Below are positions 27,099 through 35,189 of a DNA stretch of 47,436 bases, one piece after another. The stretch's first letter is position 1. Each line of letters begins with the position of its first letter. The notes beneath the pieces were generated by a model. It had not been told where the DNA came from. It saw only the letters and a program-made list of their open reading frames with translations, and ran no database searches. The DNA is from Candidatus Altarchaeum sp. (GTDB taxonomy: Archaea > Altiarchaeota > Altiarchaeia > Altiarchaeales > Altiarchaeaceae), in NCBI GenBank assembly GCA_018260615.1, contig JAGWDQ010000084.1, positions 1 to 47,436 of the forward strand, read 5' to 3'. Made by a program: the position numbers and the translations under genes.

Positions 27099-28358
27099 TT
27101 GTTAAAATTTAATAACCGAAAGATGGAACAAAAATATATAATGTTGGGAATATTTGGCGTTATTTTGATGTTGTCAGTAGGAATAGTTGTATCTGAAAAC
27201 GCAAAGGAGTATAAAATTGAAACTGTCAGTGAAATTTTAAGTGAACATGTCGGAGGAGAAGCAGTCATCAGAATTAATATGTCCGGAGAAAATCTTCTCG
27301 GAACCGGGTTTGATGTTCTGTTTGACAATGAAATTCTGGAGGCAATATCTGTTGAAGAGGGAAGCATAATGAAAAAATGTAAAAAAACGACATTTGAAGC
27401 ACTTCCTCCTGAAATAAACAATACAAAAGGAATTGTGACATTTCAGGATCTCTGTCTGGGCGAGGCAGTCAGCGAAAATGGAAATGTTGCCGTTATAAAA
27501 TTCACATCAAAGAAAATCGGAAAAAGCTATATAAAGCTTAACAATACATACTTGTTTGACAAAAATGGAGATCCGATAAATATCTCTCCGGTACTTGCAG
27601 GAAATGTATTTGTAAGTGTTGGTCATCCGATGTATAATGCTTCGCTAAAAATTGAAAAGGTCTCCGGGGAAAAGTACGGAGACGTATTCGTATTTAAGGT
27701 CTTATCTGTTGAGGGAAAACCTGTTGAAGGTGCAAAAGTAAAAATTTTAAATAATGTCTTATATACGGATACAAATGGAACGGCAGAAATAATTCTGAAA
27801 CATACAGGAAATTTTGAAGTTGCTGCGGAAAAGGAAAATTACACTTCCTGTTCGGATATGTTTAATTTACAGCCATTGGGAAATTTAAAAATAATTGTGC
27901 CCGAGGATATAAATTTAGGTGACGAAATATCTATAAAGATAGCATATAGCAATGAAACTCCGGCAGGCGGCGTAAAAGTTAGCATAAAGGATGAAAGTTT
28001 TGTTACGGATGAAACCGGAGAAATAAAGTATAATATCGGGAAAGGAGTCGTTAAAATCAGTGCGGAGAAAGAAGGTTACAAGGGAGATGAGAAAGAAATA
28101 TTTGCAAAAGGGGGAATAGTTTGCGGAGACAAAAAGTGCGAAGGGAATGAGAATTGTAAAACATGCGAAGAGGACTGCGGAAAATGTATTGTCTGCGGAG
28201 ACAAAAAGTGCGAAGGGAATGAAACCGCTCAAAACTGTCCTGGAGATTGTGATTCGTCTTCATCAATGTGGACAATCATAGCTGTAATTGCTGCGATTGT
28301 AGTAATTATTCTGATAGTAGCAATAATAATGTCAAAAAAGAAAAAACAAAATAGATAA
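27099..28358 (+). CDS. Membrane-anchored cohesin protein (anchoring scaffoldin-like)
   Basis: Cohesin GFDVLFDNEIL...EGS...G.VTFQD...NGNVAVIKF; Ig-like PVEGAKV repeats; CGDKKCEGNE x2; C-terminal TM plus KKKKQNR tail. Confidence 0.75.
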   Translation: MLKFNNRKMEQKYIMLGIFGVILMLSVGIVVSENAKEYKIETVSEILSEHVGGEAVIRINMSGENLLGTGFDVLFDNEILEAISVEEGSIMKKCKKTTFEALPPEINNTKGIVTFQDLCLGEAVSENGNVAVIKFTSKKIGKSYIKLNNTYLFDKNGDPINISPVLAGNVFVSVGHPMYNASLKIEKVSGEKYGDVFVFKVLSVEGKPVEGAKVKILNNVLYTDTNGTAEIILKHTGNFEVAAEKENYTSCSDMFNLQPLGNLKIIVPEDINLGDEISIKIAYSNETPAGGVKVSIKDESFVTDETGEIKYNIGKGVVKISAEKEGYKGDEKEIFAKGGIVCGDKKCEGNENCKTCEEDCGKCIVCGDKKCEGNETAQNCPGDCDSSSSMWTIIAVIAAIVVIILIVAIIMSKKKKQNR

Positions 28359-28434
28359 TAAATAAATTTAGAAATTTGAAATTTGAATCTGCCACGAAGA
28401 CGGTTTAATCGTAGGGGTTTTGAAATTGAAATTT

Positions 28435-28574
28435 AGCCGAGCTTTTTTGTGCGGCGGCATTTCGGTTTGATGCCGAGTAAAAGCACAGAAAATGCATAAA
28501 GGCAAGAACCGGGCGCCGAGGAGGGGCGCTTTACAAGGTCAAACTACAATGGGAACCTTGCGTAAGTAAATACT
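28435..28574 (+). ncRNA. 140-nt structured leader, copy B
   Basis: Repeat of copy A, 43 nt before ATG 28618; 69/140 G+C. Confidence 0.7.
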
Positions 28575-28617
28575 CAAAAAATAAAGGAAATTTAAGAACA
28601 TATAAACAAAATATAAA

Positions 28618-30705
28618 ATGAAAGGTAAAATTTTAAGTAAACTGAAAAACAAAACTAAATGTGCCACCAGTGTCCATGAGAGAGCGGTTAATGGTTTTGG
28701 GCAAATATTAAATGAAAATTTAGGACGAAGTTTAATAGGTACCGTGATATTTTTGGGATTAGTTTTGGGTTTGAGTTGTGGCGTAAATGCCCACTATGAT
28801 TCCGATTGGCAAACTTTTAATAGTCAAGGTGGAGCTTGCTGTTGTTACGGTGATAATTGCCATGCTTGTCACACACAAGGAGGTTATTGTGGTTGTAAAG
28901 CATCTGGTTTTGGTTTGGTTTGGCTTCAAAAGCAGAATAAATGTAGAGATGGTGGAGACTATCACTTTTTGTGTGGTGGTGGCAATAAATTTAAATCCAG
29001 CTGTAATATAATGTGGGGTGCAGGAATGGGACAAACAGTTGATATTCCTTCTACAGGAGATTATTATGTTTCAATAATGGCTGAGTGGGATAATAAGGCA
29101 ACTGCTGAGAATCTCTATGTGGGAGTCAACAGTTGGGGTAGCAATACATACAGAAGACTTGCCCGTGACTTCAGTACTACAACAAAGTGTGTTTTTAAGA
29201 ATAAATTCAATATTAATTCAGACCCTGCAAAAATCTGGGTTGAATCTTCTGAGAATTCTGGTTCTGTTCATGTAAAAGTATTTAGGGTTTCAGATTGTAT
29301 TCCTGATATACCTGGGTTAGTTTATTGTGAGAGTGGTGATCCAGCAATTCCTAACTGTTGTTTTGACAATGATGGCGACGGCTACAACTCAACAGGCGGC
29401 ACCTGCGGACCAATTGACTGCAACGACAACAACAACCAAATTTACCCAGGAAGCTCACATTCTTGCGGATATTGCAACGGCACAACAGGAACAATATCAT
29501 ATTCTCCAACAACCACAATCTGCAGAGCATCAGCAGGAGATTGCGATAATGCAGAATATTGTTCTGGCTCGGGTTTAGATTGTCCATCAGATACATTTAA
29601 ACCAACAACACAAATTTGCAGAGCATCAGCAGGAGATTGCGACAGCGAAGAAAAATGTACAGGAACAACAGCAGCCTGCCCCTCAGATACATTTAAACCA
29701 ACAACACAAATCTGCAGAGCATCAGCAGGAGATTGCGACAGCGAAGAAAAATGTACAGGAACAACAGCAGCCTGCCCCTCAGATACATTTAAACCAACAA
29801 CACAAATCTGCAGAGCATCAGCAGGAGATTGCGACAGCGAAGAAAAATGTACAGGAACAACAGCAGCCTGCCCCTCAGATACATTTAAACCAACAACACA
29901 AATCTGCAGAGCATCAGCAGGAGATTGCGACAGCGAAGAAAAATGTACAGGAACAACAGCAGCATGTCCATCGGATACATTTAAACCAGCAGGGACATCC
30001 TGCTCAGACGGAACTTATTGCAACGGAGCAGAGACATGCAACGGAGCAGGAAATTGTCAAGCAGGAACAGCAATTAACTGCTCATCAAACAACCAACCAG
30101 CAATCGCAACCTGCACCAACAATCCAGATAATAACCCATTCACATGGGACAATAGACCAGCATTTACCTCAACCTGCAACGAAGCAACACAATCCTGCAC
30201 ATCTTCAACTCAAACACTAACGCACACCTGCAACCAATCCTGCGGAGGATGTTTATCAAACAGCGACTGCAATGACAACGATGCAGGAACAATCGACACT
30301 TGCAACACAACAACCTGCGGATGCGCACACGCAACCAGTTGCACAGACAACGATCACGACGGCTACAACTCAACAGGCGGCAGCTGCGGACCAATTGATT
30401 GCAATGACACCAACGCATCTATACATTCCGGAGCAACCGAAATTTATTGTAATGGTATAGATGAAGATTGTGATGGAGTTGATGCGTGCAACTGTCTTGG
30501 ATGTGTTCTAAAGCCAATTGGCGATGCAAATCAAGATAGATGTGTTAATAGTATAGATCTCACGATACTACAGAAAGCCTATGGACACATATATGGGGAT
30601 GTAAATTACGATGTAAGAGCAGACTTTAACTGTGACTGTAAAGTTGATATAAGGGATTTGGTGATCCTTATGAAAAACTGGCGAAAGCAATCTGTATGCA
30701 GTTGA
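28618..30705 (+). CDS. Secreted Cys-rich protein with disintegrin-like repeats, MopE-like motifs and C-terminal dockerin
   Basis: CRASAGDCD.EE.C.G....CPSD x5; DNDGDGYN...DCND; GDANQDRCVNSID...ADFNCDCKVDIRD. Confidence 0.75.
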   Translation: MKGKILSKLKNKTKCATSVHERAVNGFGQILNENLGRSLIGTVIFLGLVLGLSCGVNAHYDSDWQTFNSQGGACCCYGDNCHACHTQGGYCGCKASGFGLVWLQKQNKCRDGGDYHFLCGGGNKFKSSCNIMWGAGMGQTVDIPSTGDYYVSIMAEWDNKATAENLYVGVNSWGSNTYRRLARDFSTTTKCVFKNKFNINSDPAKIWVESSENSGSVHVKVFRVSDCIPDIPGLVYCESGDPAIPNCCFDNDGDGYNSTGGTCGPIDCNDNNNQIYPGSSHSCGYCNGTTGTISYSPTTTICRASAGDCDNAEYCSGSGLDCPSDTFKPTTQICRASAGDCDSEEKCTGTTAACPSDTFKPTTQICRASAGDCDSEEKCTGTTAACPSDTFKPTTQICRASAGDCDSEEKCTGTTAACPSDTFKPTTQICRASAGDCDSEEKCTGTTAACPSDTFKPAGTSCSDGTYCNGAETCNGAGNCQAGTAINCSSNNQPAIATCTNNPDNNPFTWDNRPAFTSTCNEATQSCTSSTQTLTHTCNQSCGGCLSNSDCNDNDAGTIDTCNTTTCGCAHATSCTDNDHDGYNSTGGSCGPIDCNDTNASIHSGATEIYCNGIDEDCDGVDACNCLGCVLKPIGDANQDRCVNSIDLTILQKAYGHIYGDVNYDVRADFNCDCKVDIRDLVILMKNWRKQSVCS
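29506..29985 (+). repeat. In-frame 96-bp tandem repeat x5 (32-aa disintegrin-like unit)
   Basis: Units start at 29506, 29602, 29698, 29794, 29890; the last four encode identical peptides. Confidence 0.92.
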
Positions 30706-30751
30706 TTTCAATAAATCTCTTTGCGAAATCGAGATACTTGTTGACGAAACC
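30653..30751 (+). repeat. 99-bp repeat: dockerin tail plus 3' hairpin, copy 1
   Basis: Near-identical to 32246-32344; hairpin TCAATAA-ATCTC...GAGAT-AC-TTGTTGA immediately after the TGA. Confidence 0.8.
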
Positions 30752-30882
30752 CTTTTTAAATTTTTTATTTTTTTTAAATTTTTCAGAATCAATCCAATCA
30801 TTTATAAATTCACAATCATTTTCATCAAAAATTAAGGAATAAAATTCCAGAGACAGAGTAACTGTAGGAATTAAAAAAATTT

Positions 30883-31022
30883 AGCCGAGCTTTTTTGTGC
30901 GGCGGCATTTCGGTTCGATGCCGAATAAAAGCACAGAAAATGCATAAAGGCGAGAACCGGGCGCCGAGGAGGGGCGCTTTACAAGGTCAAACTACAATGG
31001 GAACCTTGCGTAAGTAAATACT
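30883..31022 (+). ncRNA. 140-nt structured leader, copy C
   Basis: Repeat of copy A, 31 nt before ATG 31054. Confidence 0.7.
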
Positions 31023-31053
31023 CAAAAAAATAAAAGATAAAAAGAAAGGTAAA

Positions 31054-32298
31054 ATGCAAAAAAGAAATAAAATAGCGTCTTTACTGACAACTTTTATAGT
31101 CGGATTGATGATGTTTTTTGGGATGATTTCAAGTTCAGCAGCAACTTGTGTTTCATGGACACCAAATGTAGAACTTATTGGTAGTTGGTGGACTGGTTCG
31201 TTTAATTCGCCGACAACGGGAGAGCATAAATGTACTGTAACTGTGTGGGACTATGATAATGGTGGTTATTGGCTTCAAAATGAAGAGTATGACGATGTTT
31301 ACATAAATAGCCAATATATTGGAAAAACCACTGACTATAAATGTAATGAATGGTGCACAATTTCAGGGGGAGCGGGCCCTGATTGTCCTTTCACTGGAGA
31401 ATATAGATGGGACCATCCTGATAAACCAATTTGTAAGTACTATGGACCACCTATATCAAGTTCGGTTACCACAAATAGTGTAATTTTAAATCCAACAAAT
31501 AACATAATTGGATTATATGGACATCAGAGCCATAAGGTTTCAGAGGTCAAAGTATGTTGCGAACCAATTAACAAACCACCAAAAGCAAATGCCGGTCCTG
31601 ATCAAGTCGTTAATCACAGCAGCAGTTCATGTAGTGCGTTAGTAACTCTTGATGGATCTGGTTCAACTGATGATGGCTATATATCTCCCTTAACATATAA
31701 TTGGATATGGGTAGGAGGATCAACAACTGGGGTTACTCCTAAGGTAACTTTCATATTGGGAACAAGAACGGTAAATTTGACTGTCTACGATGGGCAATTT
31801 TATAATAAGGACACAGTCGACATCACGGTGCAGGATAAAACGCCACCAAACATAACATGTCCGCCGGATGTTACGGTATGGCAAGAAAGCAGGAACGGAA
31901 CTGTCGTAAACTTGACAGCAAATGCAACAGACATCTGCGATTCAAATGTAAGTATAACAAGCAATAAATTAGCAATATATCCTGTTGGCACAACAACTGT
32001 TACTTTCATTGCAACAGATGATTTTGGAAACAATGCAAGTTGTTCAACAAAGGTTACTGTACTATGCATGTGTATTTCAAGTCCGATTGGAGATACTAAC
32101 GGAGACGGGTGTGTGGATGAGAAAGATCTTACTATACTGTCGAGTGTGTACGGAAGCAGATTTGTATGGAATAATGATACCTGCAACACCGTAAGCGAGA
32201 ATGCGAGATTTTCCGACTTTAATTGTGATGGAAAAGTAGACAAACGGGATTTGGTGATCCTTATGAAAAACTTCCGAAAGCAATCCATATGCAGTTGA
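31054..32298 (+). CDS. Secreted protein: unknown N-domain, PKD-like, HYR, C-terminal dockerin
   Basis: NKPPKANAGPDQ...LDGSGS; DKTPPNITCP...TVTFIATDDFGN; GDTNGDGCVDEKD...DFNCDGKVDKRD. Confidence 0.75.
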   Translation: MQKRNKIASLLTTFIVGLMMFFGMISSSAATCVSWTPNVELIGSWWTGSFNSPTTGEHKCTVTVWDYDNGGYWLQNEEYDDVYINSQYIGKTTDYKCNEWCTISGGAGPDCPFTGEYRWDHPDKPICKYYGPPISSSVTTNSVILNPTNNIIGLYGHQSHKVSEVKVCCEPINKPPKANAGPDQVVNHSSSSCSALVTLDGSGSTDDGYISPLTYNWIWVGGSTTGVTPKVTFILGTRTVNLTVYDGQFYNKDTVDITVQDKTPPNITCPPDVTVWQESRNGTVVNLTANATDICDSNVSITSNKLAIYPVGTTTVTFIATDDFGNNASCSTKVTVLCMCISSPIGDTNGDGCVDEKDLTILSSVYGSRFVWNNDTCNTVSENARFSDFNCDGKVDKRDLVILMKNFRKQSICS

Positions 32299-32344
32299 TT
32301 TCAATAAATCTCTTTGCGAAATTGAGATACTTGTTGACGAAACC
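32246..32344 (+). repeat. 99-bp repeat: dockerin tail plus 3' hairpin, copy 2
   Basis: Near-identical to 30653-30751. Confidence 0.8.
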
Positions 32345-32374
32345 ATTTTTAAATTTTTTTATTTTTAAATTTTA

Positions 32375-32514
32375 AGCCGAGCTTTTCTGTGCGGCGGCAT
32401 TTCGGTTTGATGCCGAGTAAAAGCACAGAAAATGCATAAAGGCGAGAACCGGGCGCCGATGAGGGGCGCTTTACAAGGTCAAACTACAATGGGAACCTTG
32501 CGTGAGTAAATACT
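32375..32514 (+). ncRNA. 140-nt structured leader, copy D
   Basis: Repeat of copy A, 27 nt before ATG 32542. Confidence 0.7.
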
Positions 32515-32541
32515 CAAAAAAAATTGTGAAATTAAAAGAAA

Positions 32542-32922
32542 ATGACGATAAATAAAAACACATTATTTGCGTTAATAGCTACAGGAGTAATGGTGGGGGC
32601 TTTAGTGATGACTGGTGCAAATCCATCAAATGGTTCGTGCGATCCGTGCGGAAAATGTGGAAGTGCAACTTGTGAGTATTGGCCCGGATCCGGTGCTTGT
32701 TTTGGATATGGATATGTGGGTACGGGTTGTATCGGAGATGTGAACAACGATAAAAAGATAAATCATGAGGATCTTGTTTTACTTCAACAAGCTTATGGTT
32801 CTCATAAAGGTGACCCAAAATACAATCAGAATCCAAGGGCAGATCTAAATTGTGATGGCAAAGTGGACATAAGAGATTTGGTCTTGCTGGCAAAAAATTT
32901 CGGAAAAACCTGCTGCCCATAA
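32542..32922 (+). CDS. Small secreted Cys-rich peptide fused to a dockerin
   Basis: Signal peptide, CDPCGKCGSATCEYWPGSGAC, GDVNNDKKINHED...ADLNCDGKVDIRD. Confidence 0.75.
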   Translation: MTINKNTLFALIATGVMVGALVMTGANPSNGSCDPCGKCGSATCEYWPGSGACFGYGYVGTGCIGDVNNDKKINHEDLVLLQQAYGSHKGDPKYNQNPRADLNCDGKVDIRDLVLLAKNFGKTCCP

Positions 32923-33097
32923 GATAATGAAAAATTTTTCATAACGACATTCCGTGCATTCAATCAATTTTTTTATTTTTTCTTTATTTTAACATCGTTT
33001 AATCTTCTGTGGTTATAAATTATCTTTTACAAATTTTAGTATAGGAAAGTTCGTTTATTTTTAAATTCCACATAATAAATTTATTGAACTTTCAAAG

Positions 33098-33721
33098 TCA
33101 TTGACCAATTAACTCATTAATTTTCTTAACTACTTTTCCGGAATCAAAATAAAGTTCCGCTCCGAACTCATTCATTTCTTTATGGATTATATCTTTATCA
33201 AAATCCTTTGTATTCTTATTCAAATGTATTCTAACTCCCTTATTTTCTTTTACAAAGGCATTGATTGATTCATAGATAGATGCGTCAGGTTCCGGAAGTC
33301 CGTATAATCCGTTAAGAGTCATCAAAAATGCGTTTTTATGAATCTCTGTTGTATATGGGATGATTACGGAGACATCCTTTATACTTTGGATAAAGCCATC
33401 AATAATTTCTTTATCTTTATTGACACTCTCTTCAATCAATTTCCCTATGTTTTTCATTTGTTCAGATAATATATGACCATGCTCGCTGCGTTTCATCTGG
33501 TTTGCTTCTTCTTTAAGGGCAATAGATAATTCTAATCTTCTTTTAGATTTTTTTGTAAAAACACTCCACATTTCATGAAGAGATATTTCCGGTACGACTA
33601 ACTTTATTCTACCTGCCAATACAAGGTCAAATAGATATGCTACATTTTTATCCTGCTGGTATCCTAAATCAACCACAAAATTGGTCTCACCAATCAGATA
33701 AATAATCTGATTACTGTCCAC
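33098..33721 (-). CDS. PIN-domain-like protein
   Basis: LIGETNFVV, VVPEISLHE, PEPDASIY...LNKNTKDF. Confidence 0.6.
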   Translation of the reverse strand: MDSNQIIYLIGETNFVVDLGYQQDKNVAYLFDLVLAGRIKLVVPEISLHEMWSVFTKKSKRRLELSIALKEEANQMKRSEHGHILSEQMKNIGKLIEESVNKDKEIIDGFIQSIKDVSVIIPYTTEIHKNAFLMTLNGLYGLPEPDASIYESINAFVKENKGVRIHLNKNTKDFDKDIIHKEMNEFGAELYFDSGKVVKKINELIGQ

Positions 33722-33875
33722 TTTCAGTTATTTTTATACCTTTTTTAAAATCCTCGGGAGTTAGGGTCGTTTTTTCCAATACACCAATTATCCTGTGTTT
33801 TATTTTATTTATTTCGCTTTCTGTTAGTTTTTTATGTTGTTTTTCGCTTTCCTCTTTTGTAAGTTTTTTTTCCAT
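33711..33875 (-). CDS. Putative 54-aa antitoxin overlapping the PIN gene (absent from ORF track)
   Basis: ATG 33875, MEKKLTKEESEKQHKK...GIKITESGQ*; stop overlaps the PIN start by 11 nt. Confidence 0.5.
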   Translation of the reverse strand: MEKKLTKEESEKQHKKLTESEINKIKHRIIGVLEKTTLTPEDFKKGIKITESGQ

Positions 33876-34136
33876 TTTTTTAAATTAAATAATACCTCTT
33901 CCATTCATTTTATAACAAATTTTTAAATTTATTTTTAAATTTAGATTTAAAATATTAAAATAGAGATATAATTAATTTTATATAATTAATTTTTAATAAA
34001 TTATCTTTGAATAACGAGCAATTCAAAATAAAACTATTAAAAAATTATACCCTAAATTAAAAAATTGATATCGTTTAATCTTCTGTAATTATAAATTATC
34101 TTTTAATACAAATTTTTAAATTGTAATTTATAACAA

Positions 34137-35090
34137 TTGATGACTATGAAGAAAGCGTATTCTAAAAGGAAAAAGAAACAAAATAAACCAAAGCAAAAGC
34201 ATGTAATCTGCAAATATCTGTTTGACTGGGACGATGTTCCCGGAAAAGATGACAAGAAATTAAAGGACTTTTTGAAAGAGAGATTTTATATCAGCTGGGT
34301 TAAAAATGCGAAAATAGAAAAAAGCAAAAAAAATGGCGAAGAAGTAATTTCCGTAGTTTCTGCCGTTGATTCTCAAAAATTTGTCAACCTGCGATATAAA
34401 AAAGATGAATATAAAGTGACACTTAAGACAGACAAAAACTTATGCGATGAATTGATAGTCAGGAAAGAGGATAATTTATTAAAAATTTACTGCGAGTTGA
34501 TAACCATAGAAAATATACTTGCTTCAATTAAATTAAATTTAGAAGACACCGAATCGGATTATATTGAAACATGCGAATCATCTTCAAAAAAACTGAATTT
34601 GAAAAGAATCATGGAGTGCAAAGATTCCGGCTTCATTTACGATAAATGCAGATTTCCGTGTTTAGTATACAGAATTAAAAATCCCGAACTGGCGATGCTG
34701 GTATTTAATTCCGGAAATATTATTTGCACGGGTGCTAAAAAGGAAGAAGATGTCTATCGGGCAAAAGATATATTGTTCGGGAAGTTTGAGAGCATTGGCA
34801 TTCATTTAAACTGGGAATCATCGAAGGTGCATGTTCAAAATATAGTTGCTTCAGCGATGTTTTATTCCATGATAGATCTGGACATTTTGGCGGACTGCGA
34901 AAATACGGGATACGAGCCGGAGATATTTTCCGGACTTACTTACAAACTCAAAGACCCGAAAACGGCTATGCTTATATTCAGATCGGGAAAGATTGTTATT
35001 ACGGGAGCGGGTAGCACGGAAGCGGCAATTATGGCGGCAGAAAAGACAAAAAAATTAATAATGGATGCAAATGCCATAATAGTTGAATGA
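34137..35090 (+). CDS. tbp: Divergent TATA-box binding protein with ~120-aa N-terminal extra domain
   Basis: Two TBP repeats: ENILAS...FPCLVYRI..P..AMLVFNSGNIICTGAK and QNIVAS...YEPEIFSGLTYK...MLIFRSGKIVITGA. Confidence 0.8.
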   Translation: MMTMKKAYSKRKKKQNKPKQKHVICKYLFDWDDVPGKDDKKLKDFLKERFYISWVKNAKIEKSKKNGEEVISVVSAVDSQKFVNLRYKKDEYKVTLKTDKNLCDELIVRKEDNLLKIYCELITIENILASIKLNLEDTESDYIETCESSSKKLNLKRIMECKDSGFIYDKCRFPCLVYRIKNPELAMLVFNSGNIICTGAKKEEDVYRAKDILFGKFESIGIHLNWESSKVHVQNIVASAMFYSMIDLDILADCENTGYEPEIFSGLTYKLKDPKTAMLIFRSGKIVITGAGSTEAAIMAAEKTKKLIMDANAIIVE

Positions 35091-35189
35091 TTGGTTTATT
35101 TTGTAACTATTCATCCATCCAAAATTAGAAATGAAATTTAAATCAAAGAAATTTTAATTATAGCACATAAAACTTTAAATGTCTAAAAC

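Noticed and set aside
29506-29985. 96-bp repeats as CRISPR or DGR template/variable repeat
   Set aside because: In-frame coding repeats without spacers; no adenine-specific mismatches and no reverse transcriptase in the window.
30700-30749. Selenocysteine read-through (C-S-UGA-F-Q-UAA followed by a hairpin; also at 32293-32342)
   Set aside because: Conservation is explained by recent duplication, the hairpin lacks a recognisable archaeal SECIS motif, the other dockerin genes end in TAA, and no Sec machinery is visible here.
25015-33098. Calling the cluster a cellulosome
   Set aside because: No glycoside hydrolase, CBM or esterase signature recognised in any dockerin-bearing protein.
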